A stretch of 64,000 nt of DNA from Spirochaetota bacterium. GTDB taxonomy: Bacteria; Spirochaetota; UBA4802; UBA5550. The stretch lies in contig JBGTBN010000071.1 in the NCBI GenBank assembly GCA_041749375.1, positions 2,297-66,296 of the forward strand, read 5' to 3'. Below the pieces are notes generated by a model. It worked only from the letters and a program-made list of their open reading frames with translations, did no database searches and was not told where the DNA came from. Positions 1 through 9,432 of this stretch are shown here, in pieces. Each line of letters opens with the position of its first letter. The stretch's first letter is position 1. The position numbers were made by a program, and so were the translations under genes.

Positions 1-121
1 AGCGTCGGGGCTGATGATCGCGATGTGGTCCATGTCTCAGTCCAAAAAGTATTGACATGGATTTTCATATGTAATGATCATGTATTGCAAGGTTTTTTTG
101 ATTTTATAAACAATATGATAA

Positions 122-222
122 GGAGGCGACGTGTCACAACGAGCAGGCGACAGGACGTCGCCGGCAGCCTCGTTATACATGGATGTATATACGAGGCGGA
201 GCGAGTGTGATATGGCGCCTCC
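122..222 (+). promoter_or_regulatory. Structured multi-branch leader/repeat element upstream of proS with two GGA-loop hairpins
   Basis: Outer stem GGAGGCG(122-128)/CGCCTCC(216-222), extended by GTGTCACA/TGTGATAT. Inner hairpins GGCGAC-AGGAC-GTCGCC and GCCTCGT..ATACATGGATGTAT..ACGAGGC. Confidence 0.6.
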
Positions 223-258
223 GCATCATGATTAATTACAAAGATACAGGTTGAACCC

Positions 259-1962
259 ATGAGACTATCCAGATACATTCTCCCCACGTTAAAAGAAGAC
301 CCCTCTGACGCGGTCGTACTGAGCCACCGCCTCATGATGCGGGCGGGCCTTATCCGCAAGGAGTCGGCCGGCATGTACGTATACCTTCCGCTCGGGTGGC
401 GCGTGCTGAGAAAGATCATCGCCATCGTGCGTGACGAGATGGACCGGGCCGGGGCGCTCGAGTTCCTCATGCCGGAGATGACCAATGCTGACCTCTGGAA
501 GGAGTCGGGCCGCTGGGAAACCATGGGGCCCGAGATGTTCCGCATACGGGACCGGAACGCCATGGAATACGCGCTCGCGCCGACGCACGAGGAGGCCTTC
601 ACCGCGGCGGTGCGGGGGCTCATATCCTCCTACCGCGACCTGCCGGTCAACGTCTACCAGATCAACACCAAATTCCGCGATGAGATACGGCCCCGTTTCG
701 GCGTGATACGGAGCAAGGAATTCATCATGAAGGACGCCTACTCCTTCGACATGGACGAGGCGGGCCTGGAGAAATCGTACCAGGCGATGCGGGCAGCGTA
801 CCGGCGCGTTTTCGAGCGGTGCGGGCTCGAGACCATTCCCGTTGAGGCGGATACCGGCGCCATGGGCGGCAGTGATTCCGAGGAGTTCATGGTCGCGTCC
901 GATGTGGGCGAGGAGTCTCTCCTCCTGTGCGACGCGTGCGGGTACAAGGCGAACCGCGAGAAGGCCGAGTACAGGCGGCCGGCGAAACAGGCGGGTGAGA
1001 GCGCGAAGGAGATGGCCGAAGTCTCGACCCCGGACGTGAAGACCATCGATGACCTGGCCCGGTTCTTCAAATGCGCCGGCGACCGGTTCCTGAAAAGCAT
1101 CATCTACGTCGCTGACGGGAAGCCGGTCATGGCCGTGGTCCCGGGCAACCGCGAGATCAACGAGCAGAAGCTGGCACGCGCGCTCGGCGCCGCGCAGCTC
1201 GAGCTTGCCGAGGACACGATTGTTGTCGATGTCACCGGCGCCCCGGTCGGGTTCGCCGGCCCGGTCACGAAGAAGGATGTCCGCATACTATTCGACCTCT
1301 CGGTAAAGGACACGGTGAACGGGGTCACCGGCGCGAATAAAAAAGACGTTCATTACGACGGCGTGAACCCGGGACGCGATTTCACCATAAAGGAAGAGGC
1401 AGACATTACCTGCGCTGAAGAGGGCGACGCCTGCCCCCGCTGCGGAGCCCCACTGTACGTCAAGAAGGGGATCGAGGTGGGTCATATCTTCAAGCTCGGG
1501 TACAAGTACACGAAGTCGATGGACGTGAAGGTGCTGAACGAGCAGGGCGCCGAGGTGGTCCCGATCATGGGCTGCTACGGCATCGGCGTGAACCGCACCA
1601 TGGCGGCCGTTGTGGAGCAGCATAACGACGACAAGGGCATCATCTGGCCCGCGTCCATCGCGCCGTTCGACGTGCACCTCGCCGGGCTGGGCAAGGGCGA
1701 GGACGAGATAAAGGAGACCGACGCGATATATGACATGCTCTGCGCTGAAGGGCTGGAGGTCCTGTACGACGACAGGAAGGCGAGCCCGGGAGTCAAGTTC
1801 GCGGACGCGGACCTTGTCGGTATGCCGGTCAGGATCACGATCGGCAAGAACTACTTCCAGACAGGGGAGGCGGAGGTGAAGCCGAGGAAGGGAACAGATA
1901 TACTCAAGGTGAAGAAGCAGGACCTGGGCGTAAAAATAAAAGAGCTGCTTACGAGGGAATGA
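259..1962 (+). CDS. proS: Proline--tRNA ligase (bacterial type with editing insertion)
   Basis: PTHEE, KFRDEIRPRFG, MKDAYSF, GIEVGHIFKLG, MGCYGIG motifs; INS domain and anticodon-binding domain. Confidence 0.97.
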   Translation: MRLSRYILPTLKEDPSDAVVLSHRLMMRAGLIRKESAGMYVYLPLGWRVLRKIIAIVRDEMDRAGALEFLMPEMTNADLWKESGRWETMGPEMFRIRDRNAMEYALAPTHEEAFTAAVRGLISSYRDLPVNVYQINTKFRDEIRPRFGVIRSKEFIMKDAYSFDMDEAGLEKSYQAMRAAYRRVFERCGLETIPVEADTGAMGGSDSEEFMVASDVGEESLLLCDACGYKANREKAEYRRPAKQAGESAKEMAEVSTPDVKTIDDLARFFKCAGDRFLKSIIYVADGKPVMAVVPGNREINEQKLARALGAAQLELAEDTIVVDVTGAPVGFAGPVTKKDVRILFDLSVKDTVNGVTGANKKDVHYDGVNPGRDFTIKEEADITCAEEGDACPRCGAPLYVKKGIEVGHIFKLGYKYTKSMDVKVLNEQGAEVVPIMGCYGIGVNRTMAAVVEQHNDDKGIIWPASIAPFDVHLAGLGKGEDEIKETDAIYDMLCAEGLEVLYDDRKASPGVKFADADLVGMPVRITIGKNYFQTGEAEVKPRKGTDILKVKKQDLGVKIKELLTRE

Positions 1963-2070
1963 CCTCGTCTCGCGGCATCCTCTCACTGAAAACCGGGATG
2001 TCATTCGTTTGAATTTTGTTAGTCCTTGCCAATTAATCCTGAAAAAATGAAATTGGAAGGGCTATTAATA

Positions 2071-2099
2071 TTGACAAGCAACCATATGTTTTCAAGAAT
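2071..2099 (+). promoter_or_regulatory. Putative sigma70 promoter for etfBA
   Basis: TTGACA-17 nt-AAGAAT. Confidence 0.45.
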
Positions 2100-2244
2100 G
2101 TTCGGTAATAGCCCTCTCCAGCTTTTTTAAACTATGCGATGAGGCACAATAGATATGCCGTATTAACGCGGAGTTCAGGCAGGTTTCCGCGCCAGTACGG
2201 CAGGTAGTTATACGTATCAAAATTTAAGTAAAGGGAGTAAGGAG

Positions 2245-3015
2245 ATGAAGATAGCTGTCTGTCTAAAACAGGTTCCAGACATGGAATCCAAGTTCAAACT
2301 CGTTGACGACAAGAAAATCGATGAATCGCAGATCGCTTTCAAAATCAATGACTTCGATAACTATGCCGTTGAGGCAGCGCTGCAACTGAAAGAGAAGTTC
2401 GGCGGCGAAGTCGTTATCGTGACCTGCGGACCTGACCGGGCGGCGAAAGACATCCGCCAGGCGTTCGCCATGGGAGCTGACTGGGGCATCCATGTCATGG
2501 ATCCCGACGTCGAAGCGGGCGACAACTTTGTGGTCGCATCCACCCTTCAGAAAGCCATTGAAACCATCGGCGGCGTAGAGCTCGTCCTGACCGGCGTACA
2601 GGCCGAAGACGACCAGGCTGCGGTGACCGGCGTCATGCTGGCCGACCTCATGGGGTGGCCGCACTGCACCAACGTGAAGAAACTGGAAGTGAACGGCACG
2701 GCTCTCACGGTCAATCGCGAGCTCGAAGGCGGGCTCAACGAAGTGATCGAGATGAGCGCGCCGGCGGTTCTCACTGTGCAATCAGGTATCAACGAGCCCC
2801 GGTATCCGACACTTCCGGGCATCATGAAAGCCAAGAAAAAACGGCTCGATGTCAAGAAGGCCGCCGACATAGGCGCCTCGGCGAAGTCGAAGACCGATTT
2901 CATCAAGATGTTTTTCCCGGTTTCCGAGCACAAGGCGGAAATCATCCAGGGCGACGCCGCTACCGCGGCCGCGAAACTGGTCGAGAAATTAAAGAACGAA
3001 GCGAAAGTGATATAA
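2245..3015 (+). CDS. etfB: Electron transfer flavoprotein beta subunit
   Basis: KQVPD, A.MGAD, G.QA.DD, NEPRYPTLPGIMKAKKK. Confidence 0.96.
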   Translation: MKIAVCLKQVPDMESKFKLVDDKKIDESQIAFKINDFDNYAVEAALQLKEKFGGEVVIVTCGPDRAAKDIRQAFAMGADWGIHVMDPDVEAGDNFVVASTLQKAIETIGGVELVLTGVQAEDDQAAVTGVMLADLMGWPHCTNVKKLEVNGTALTVNRELEGGLNEVIEMSAPAVLTVQSGINEPRYPTLPGIMKAKKKRLDVKKAADIGASAKSKTDFIKMFFPVSEHKAEIIQGDAATAAAKLVEKLKNEAKVI

Positions 3016-3027
3016 GGAGGCCGAACA

Positions 3028-3978
3028 ATGGCAAAGATACTAGCAATAGCTGAACACAGAAACGGAAAACTGACCGACGCCTCCCTTGAGCTCTGCAAGG
3101 CGGCAAAAGCCATTGCGTCGGCGTTGGGCGCCGAGCCCGCTGCCGCGGTTATGGGCAAAGACGATTCGATAGCGAAAGAAGTCGCGAAATATATCCCCAC
3201 CGTGTTCTCGGTAAGCGCCCCGGCACTTGAAGGCTACACGGCCGACGGATACACCCAGGCCATCAAGGCCGTGGTGGATGCGCAGGACGTAAAGGGCGTT
3301 CTCATTGCCCACTCCTATGACGGCGTCGACTATGCCGCCAAGGTGGCCCTGAAAATCGGCGCGGGCATCGTGTCGAACTGCAACAAGGCCAGGGTCGAGG
3401 GCGGCGCTGTCGTCTTCACGCGCAACACCTACAATGGCAAGATCCAGGAAGAGAAAAAGGTCAACACCGACAAGTTCGTAGCCACGTTTGAGAAGGGCGC
3501 GTACGACATGGAAGCGGCCGGCGGCGCCGGTGCGGTAACCGCAGTCGCGGCGACAATCGGCGAGGTCCGGACCAAGTCGAAAGGTATAATCGAGACCATG
3601 GCGGGAGCGGTTGACATTTCCCAGGCCAAGATCATCGTGTCCGGCGGACGCGGCTGCAAGGACGCCGACAAGTACAAAGACGTCATCGTCAGCCTCGCGC
3701 AGAAGCTCGGCGGCGAATACGCGGCCTCACGGCCGGTCGTCGACTCCGGCTGGACCGACGCGGCCCGCCAGGTCGGGCAGTCCGGCAAGACCGTTGCCCC
3801 GGACCTCTATCTCGCGGCAGGCATCTCGGGCGCCATCCAGCATGTTGCCGGCATGAAAGGCTCGAAATGCATCGTCGCCATCAACAAGGACCCGGAAGCC
3901 CCGATTTTCAACATCGCGACCTACGGGATCGTTGGTGACCTTTTTGAAGTCATCCCGGCGATGAAAGAAAAGCTGTAA
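3028..3978 (+). CDS. etfA: Electron transfer flavoprotein alpha subunit
   Basis: [33 protein letters not shown]. Confidence 0.96.
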   Translation: MAKILAIAEHRNGKLTDASLELCKAAKAIASALGAEPAAAVMGKDDSIAKEVAKYIPTVFSVSAPALEGYTADGYTQAIKAVVDAQDVKGVLIAHSYDGVDYAAKVALKIGAGIVSNCNKARVEGGAVVFTRNTYNGKIQEEKKVNTDKFVATFEKGAYDMEAAGGAGAVTAVAATIGEVRTKSKGIIETMAGAVDISQAKIIVSGGRGCKDADKYKDVIVSLAQKLGGEYAASRPVVDSGWTDAARQVGQSGKTVAPDLYLAAGISGAIQHVAGMKGSKCIVAINKDPEAPIFNIATYGIVGDLFEVIPAMKEKL

Positions 3979-3998
3979 GATTCGTTACATCGATAAAC

Positions 3999-4030
3999 AA
4001 AAAGCCGTTCCGAAAGGGGCGGCTTTTTTT
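3999..4030 (+). terminator. Rho-independent terminator after etfA
   Basis: AAAAAGCCGTTCC-GAAA-GGGGCGGCTTTTTTT hairpin with U-tract. Confidence 0.85.
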
Positions 4031-4063
4031 ATGAATACTCTAAAAAGAATTGCTAATGCGTTT

Positions 4064-4089
4064 GTCATCCCCGCGAAAGCGGGGATCCA
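4064..4089. repeat. REP/dRS3-like palindromic repeat unit
   Basis: GTCATCCCCGCGAAAGCGGGGATCCA; the antisense strand reads as the familiar spurious peptide WIPAFAGMT. Confidence 0.75.
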
Positions 4090-4356
4090 CTGGCAATCAA
4101 GACTGTCACCATGCTGGTGATTCCGAGTTTCTGCGCTGCACGGCGCTCCGCCTCTCCCAGGCTCAAGCGCGGCAGCTGGATGCGGTACTATGATAATGTC
4201 AATTGTTTGCAGAATAATTCCAATTTTTGTTATTGACATTCACTTCGCATGAAATTAGTATTTATTAGAAAACGAAAATGAATGATACCTTTGTTGTTCG
4301 GTATTTGCTGGCGTTATTCTATAGATAATTAAGGTATGGAATAATTAGAGGTCATA

Positions 4357-5169
4357 ATGAACTTCATCCGATACTCCCTCGTTGCCGTTTTTCTTGCCAT
4401 GTTCTCAATTCCTGCCTTTGCTAAAGACGCTGGCGCCGAATTCCCCTGCATCGGCATCGTGACCGCATCAAAACTGTTTTGCAGAAAAGAGCCTGATATC
4501 AAATCCGAGCAGATCGCGAAATATAATTTTTCAAATCCCATAATACTGATCAACAAGTCAAAGGTTAAGCAGAAAATCAACGACATTGAAGACTTCTGGT
4601 ACCAGGACAAGAGCACGAAAGGCTGGCTGTTCGGCGGATTTTTATTTCTTACCAAGCTCGACGAAAAGAACTTTATGAAACTCGCTTCTGACCGGATATG
4701 GTGCAATGTCGCGTGCGGAGGATTCTCCTGCTTTTATGAGTACGAGCCGTTCCTGATCGGCGATTATTACATTGCGTACACGTATCTGACGGATTATCCC
4801 CAGGAGAAAGATCCCTATGCTGGAATCATAATCGGGAAATATAAAATTGAAAACGATACGATCAGCTTCACCGGCCCGCTAAAAATCGGCGCTTATTATG
4901 ATACCGGCGAATGGATCAATGATTACGAAAAATCCAACAAAATTGAGTTTTCCGATTTCAAGGCGGCATACAAAAAAGTCAGTGATCCGGAAGGTGAGTT
5001 TTATATTGATGTGACCGCGAAATCCGTATTAAATAGAAAAGCTGCCCGCGCAAAATGCAAAGACAAGAATAATAAGGAAGAAGTATATTTCGTCGCCCAT
5101 TACCTGACGCCGATTAAACTGGCGGATTATATAACGATTGTTCCATTTGATAATTTTAAGATCAAATAG
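4357..5169 (+). CDS. Secreted protein with N-terminal SH3b-like domain
   Basis: Signal peptide (..PAFA); 'L..RKEPD..S' and 'WY....GWLFGGFL' pattern typical of spirochaetal SH3 domains; AT-rich. Confidence 0.65.
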   Translation: MNFIRYSLVAVFLAMFSIPAFAKDAGAEFPCIGIVTASKLFCRKEPDIKSEQIAKYNFSNPIILINKSKVKQKINDIEDFWYQDKSTKGWLFGGFLFLTKLDEKNFMKLASDRIWCNVACGGFSCFYEYEPFLIGDYYIAYTYLTDYPQEKDPYAGIIIGKYKIENDTISFTGPLKIGAYYDTGEWINDYEKSNKIEFSDFKAAYKKVSDPEGEFYIDVTAKSVLNRKAARAKCKDKNNKEEVYFVAHYLTPIKLADYITIVPFDNFKIK

Positions 5170-5250
5170 CCATGACGGTAATCAGCATGCACGCGCACTC
5201 TTTTTTGATTTTCTTCATCGTAACGCGCGAAACCCTGGCGGGAGAGTAGT

Positions 5251-5547
5251 ATGATAGACAATCAGAAAATATCAAAAAAACAATTCCTGCATGCTGCAGG
5301 CCTCGCGATACTCTGGACGATCGTCGCGGTCTTCATATCGTGCAGCGCTGAAACGGGAGGAACTGTGGATAAAGCAAAAACAGCATCATGCGCAACCTGC
5401 CCCATGAGGGCGCGATACGATCGCAACCCCAAAACCCTGCTCGGGCGCTTGTGGAAATGGCACATAGGCTGGTGCCCCGGCTGGAAGTCGTACCTTGCGT
5501 CTCTTCCGGAAGGCGAGCGGAAAACAGTCATGGAGCGCTACAAATAG
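5251..5547 (+). CDS. Small Cys/Trp-rich hypothetical (lipo)protein
   Basis: Hydrophobic N-terminus with FISC; CxxC..WxWHxxWCPGW C-terminus; RBS GGGAG. Confidence 0.6.
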   Translation: MIDNQKISKKQFLHAAGLAILWTIVAVFISCSAETGGTVDKAKTASCATCPMRARYDRNPKTLLGRLWKWHIGWCPGWKSYLASLPEGERKTVMERYK

Positions 5548-5805
5548 TAGAGCAATTCGGGCCCAAAACTCGAACGTTCGTGCGCTTTCGCCGGACCCTG
5601 ATGGCCGGATGATTGTACCGTGGAGTCCCTGCGCGTCCGACGGACATATGCTGATATCGATCCTTTTGTTGTACCGCCTGTCCTCTTTTTTGCTTGATAA
5701 TAATATGTGGTGTGAATAGTATTATCGCAGACAGGCGCGAACGGTCATGGCGCCGGTACCGCTGGACATGTAAGCGTATTATTATCCCTGACGGCAGGTG
5801 GTCAC

Positions 5806-5958
5806 ATGATACAATGGCTTATCGCACGGTTCACCGATGACGAGTTCAACCAGCGGTCGCGAGCGTACTACCTGGTCTGGTTCCTCCTGATCGCGATGCC
5901 CCTCATGACGATCCTCTCGGTAACCCTCTACGGATCTGCAGGGGGAAGGCACGGGTGA
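5806..5958 (+). CDS. 50-aa single-TM peptide or truncated membrane-sensor remnant
   Basis: AGGTGG RBS then MIQWLIARFTDDEFNQRSRAYYLVWFLLIAMPLMTILSVTLYGSAGGRHG*; below the ORF-track size cutoff. Confidence 0.35.
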   Translation: MIQWLIARFTDDEFNQRSRAYYLVWFLLIAMPLMTILSVTLYGSAGGRHG

Positions 5959-6029
5959 CGGTGAGAGCAGGCCCGGAGCGGAAAGAGGCATACTCGGTGC
6001 TCTGAATCAAATCGGCGGGGTGGCCTGAG

Positions 6030-7004
6030 ATGAAAATAGCACAGCTTTTTCTCATGCTTGTCGGCGTGTTGCTGATCGTATACCTTTTCGGTCCCCGCAT
6101 CAAGGCGGACATCGGCTTCGTGCCGGCGCCGGTTCCGGGAACGGCCCGGGAGGTCGAGAATTACGTCACGCGGTCCGAAGCGATGTTTAGCGACATCAGG
6201 CCGGGCGCTGAAAAAATGATCGCCTGGAGCGACCCGTCAAGAAAAAACGTGACCAGGTACTCGATCGTGTATATTCACGGCTATTCCGCCTGCCGGCAGG
6301 AGCTGGCACCGCTGGTCAATATCGTGGCAAAAAAAATCGGCGCGAACGTTTTTTACACGAGATTAAAAGGGCACATGAGGGAGCCTGACGCCCTTGCCGG
6401 TATCACCGCCGGCGACTGGCTCCGTGACGCGGGGGAAGCGTATGAGATCGGGCGGCGTATTGGTGAAAAAACGGTCATCATCGGAACATCGACAGGTGCG
6501 ACGCTTGCCGCATGGCTGCTGACACTGGGAGACACGGAAGATATCGCCGGAGCAGTCATGATCTCGCCAAATTTTGCTCCGAAGAGCATGGCTGCAAAAG
6601 CCGTGTTATGGCCATGGGGAAAACAGCTAACAGAGCTGGCATTGGGCAAATATCGCGTCTGGACCCCGAGGAACGAAGGGGAGAAAAAATACTGGAATTA
6701 CAGGCAGCCCGTGGAAGCTGTGTTTACGATGATGTCACTGGTCGGGTATGTGGACGGCCTCGACCTGTCGCGCATCGACAGGCCGGTGCTGGTTATTTAT
6801 TCGCCCGATGACACGGTTGTGGATGGCGGCAGGACCCGTAAAAAATTCAAAGAAATCGGTTCGAATAGTAAGGTCATCATCCCATTTACCGGATCCGGGG
6901 ACAAGTACCAGCATATCCTGGCGGGAGATATTCTTTCACCCGGGACCACGCTGGCTGTTGCGGACATGATAACCGTCTTCCTGGCCCAACTGGATTCGAA
7001 ATAG
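6030..7004 (+). CDS. Alpha/beta hydrolase (esterase/lysophospholipase-like), N-terminal anchor
   Basis: YIHG, GTSTG nucleophile elbow, DDTVV, QH catalytic His. Confidence 0.85.
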   Translation: MKIAQLFLMLVGVLLIVYLFGPRIKADIGFVPAPVPGTAREVENYVTRSEAMFSDIRPGAEKMIAWSDPSRKNVTRYSIVYIHGYSACRQELAPLVNIVAKKIGANVFYTRLKGHMREPDALAGITAGDWLRDAGEAYEIGRRIGEKTVIIGTSTGATLAAWLLTLGDTEDIAGAVMISPNFAPKSMAAKAVLWPWGKQLTELALGKYRVWTPRNEGEKKYWNYRQPVEAVFTMMSLVGYVDGLDLSRIDRPVLVIYSPDDTVVDGGRTRKKFKEIGSNSKVIIPFTGSGDKYQHILAGDILSPGTTLAVADMITVFLAQLDSK

Positions 7005-7110
7005 GGGATGACTTTTTATTTTCCGGGGCTATACCGATCGGTCATCAAAACAGCGATATGGCCGGTTCCTCATAGGTTTCCGGTGCACTCGTAAGGCGGA
7101 GTGAGCCGAT

Positions 7111-7142
7111 GCCTCGAAAAACGGCGATACATCCATGTATCG
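7111..7142 (-). repeat. Dispersed 32-bp repeat copy A (CsrA-like hairpin on minus strand)
   Basis: GCCTCGAAAAACGGCGATACATCCATGTATCG, 30/32 identical to 26634-26665. Confidence 0.8.
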
Positions 7143-7221
7143 TTTAGTCCCGAATGCATCGGGACTGTTTTTTAGCAAACTGCTAATTGCAAGCAGGACA
7201 TTTTGCAAAAAGGAGGCGGAG

Positions 7222-9390
7222 ATGAAGATGAATCGGGAAGATACGACTATCCAGTGTCCTTCCGGTGCGGTGACGATCGCCCGGAATGAATACGGCGTGC
7301 CGGAAATCTCCGCCGCCGACTACGAAAGCGCCTTCTACGGCCTGGGGTGGGTCCACTGCCGTGACCGGCAGCTCCAGACCATGCTTACCCGGATCCTCCT
7401 CTCCGGACGCGCAGCGGAGCTCCTGGCGGCCGATCCAGCCCTCGTGGAGATCGATCGGTTCATGCGGCGAATGAACTTCCTCCCGGACCCGGAGGCGGTC
7501 ATGGCAAAGCTCAATCCGGATGCACGACGGCAAACAGAAGCCTACGTGCTTGGTTATAACGATTCTTTCGCACGCCACGGCCGTATCTTTGAATGGAAAC
7601 TCCTGGGGTACGACCCTGAACCCTGGGAAATGAAGGATAGCCTGATCCTCGGCAAGATCATGGCCTTCCTGGGCCTGGCCGACGCCCAGGCAGCCATGGA
7701 GAAATTCCTGGTCCAGATGGTGCAAAACGACGTGGACGAGAAAAAGCTCAAGGAACTCTTCCCCTATTTATCAGAAAAAATCGATTATAAACTATTGAAG
7801 CAGGTGCGTCTCTCCGAGCCACTGGTTCCCGCGGCTATCAAATGGCTTTCGGTGGTGCCCCGGATGACGGCGAGCAACAACTGGGTCGTGGCCGGGAGCC
7901 GGACCGTTTCAGGGAAGCCCATCTTCTGCAGCGACCCTCACCTGGAGATGAACCGGATACCTGGTATATGGCAGGAAGTCGTCATGCGCATCGGCGGCGA
8001 ATCGCTCATGGGTGTGGCCCTTCCGGGCACGCCGGGCATGGCAGTGGGCCGCACGAGGCACATCGCCTGGGGACCGACTTTTTCCTTCATGGACATGATA
8101 GACTACAGGGTGGAGCACTGCCGGGACGGCAAGTACCGGCGCGGGAATAAGTGGATACCATTCAGGGTGCGGGAGGAGGTGATCCGCGTGAAGAAGGGCG
8201 CTTCCGTTGTGGAGCGGGTCTATGAAAACGACCTGGGCGTTCTGGAGGGCGATCCTGCGAAGGAGGGGCATTACCTGCTTCTCTGCTGGTCCGCGTCCAG
8301 CGGCTGTGGCGCGGGCGAATTCAACGGATTGTTCTCACTGCTGCGTGCGCAGAATGTGAAGGAGGCCATGGCCTGCATCCGTAAGCTCGAATCACTTACT
8401 TTCAACTGGGTCATTGCCGACAGTGCCGGCAACATCGGCTACCAGATGAGCGGCCGAATGTACAAAAGGCCCCGGGGCGTAAGCGGGCTTGTTCCACTGC
8501 CGGCCTGGGAAAAGAAATATGATCCACGCGGCTTCGAGGATATGAAAAAGCTCCCGGCCCGGTACAATCCTCCCGAGGGGTTCATCGTCACGGCCAACCA
8601 GGACCTGAACCGATTTGGAACGGCCAGGCCCATCAATCTCCCGATGGCGTCCTATCGGGCAGACCGCATCACGATGCTAATTAAGGAAAAAAAGAAACTC
8701 GTCGTGGATGACATGAAGGGAATTCACTATGACCTGTACTCGCTCCAGGCGAAGCGGTTCATGGACGTTATATCACCCCTCATACCCGGTACCGATAACG
8801 GGAAGATTCTAAAAAATTGGGACTGCACCTATACCGCCGACTCCAGGGGGGCCATGCTCTTTGAGTCGGTCTATCGAGAGCTGCTCCTCGCGGTCTTCGG
8901 CGACCACGGCATGGGCCGTGATGTTGTAAGCCGCGTCATGGAGGAGTCGGGCCTCTTCAATGACTATTACGGCAACTTCGATGACATACTCATGCGCTCA
9001 AAATCGTCCTGGTTCGGCGGTGCGCCCAGGGATGACATATTTCAAAAGGCAATAGCGTACGGCCTCGCTGTCACGGCAAAACCCTACGGCACAACCCGGA
9101 AGGTCGTAATGACGCACCTCCTTTTGGGAGGGAAGTTCCCGCGATTTCTCGGTTTCGATAGAGGTCCCCTGCAGCTGCCCGGGAACCGTGCCACGGTACC
9201 ACAGGGACAGATTTTCCGAAGCGCCGGCCGGGTCACTACCTTCAGCCCGTCGTTCCGGATGATTACTGATATGGCCAAAAATGAGATCCATACGAATATC
9301 GCCGGCGGTGTCTCGGACCGGCGCTTTTCGAAATGGTACATGTCTGACCTGAAGAACTGGTTACGGGGAGTCTACAAGGTACTGAAGTAG
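7222..9390 (+). CDS. Penicillin acylase family (Ntn-hydrolase, S45)
   Basis: RNEYGVP, DRQLQ, ASNNWVV autocatalytic Ser, DPHL, TANQ; start chosen at ATG 7222 after AGGAGG. Confidence 0.9.
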   Translation: MKMNREDTTIQCPSGAVTIARNEYGVPEISAADYESAFYGLGWVHCRDRQLQTMLTRILLSGRAAELLAADPALVEIDRFMRRMNFLPDPEAVMAKLNPDARRQTEAYVLGYNDSFARHGRIFEWKLLGYDPEPWEMKDSLILGKIMAFLGLADAQAAMEKFLVQMVQNDVDEKKLKELFPYLSEKIDYKLLKQVRLSEPLVPAAIKWLSVVPRMTASNNWVVAGSRTVSGKPIFCSDPHLEMNRIPGIWQEVVMRIGGESLMGVALPGTPGMAVGRTRHIAWGPTFSFMDMIDYRVEHCRDGKYRRGNKWIPFRVREEVIRVKKGASVVERVYENDLGVLEGDPAKEGHYLLLCWSASSGCGAGEFNGLFSLLRAQNVKEAMACIRKLESLTFNWVIADSAGNIGYQMSGRMYKRPRGVSGLVPLPAWEKKYDPRGFEDMKKLPARYNPPEGFIVTANQDLNRFGTARPINLPMASYRADRITMLIKEKKKLVVDDMKGIHYDLYSLQAKRFMDVISPLIPGTDNGKILKNWDCTYTADSRGAMLFESVYRELLLAVFGDHGMGRDVVSRVMEESGLFNDYYGNFDDILMRSKSSWFGGAPRDDIFQKAIAYGLAVTAKPYGTTRKVVMTHLLLGGKFPRFLGFDRGPLQLPGNRATVPQGQIFRSAGRVTTFSPSFRMITDMAKNEIHTNIAGGVSDRRFSKWYMSDLKNWLRGVYKVLK

Positions 9391-9432
9391 AATATAATTA
9401 TTCTGCTCGCGAAATCAATCGTACATATCATT

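Noticed and set aside
1-33. Possible start of a minus-strand CDS (MDHIAIISPDA) leaving the window
   Set aside because: Only 11 codons are visible, so it cannot be supported
100-258. T-box riboswitch upstream of proS
   Set aside because: No T-box (AGGGTGGnACCGCG-like) sequence and no terminator; the structure is better explained by GGA-loop hairpins
3985-4239. 84-aa ORF containing WIPAFAGMT
   Set aside because: Spurious translation of the REP-like palindrome and terminator
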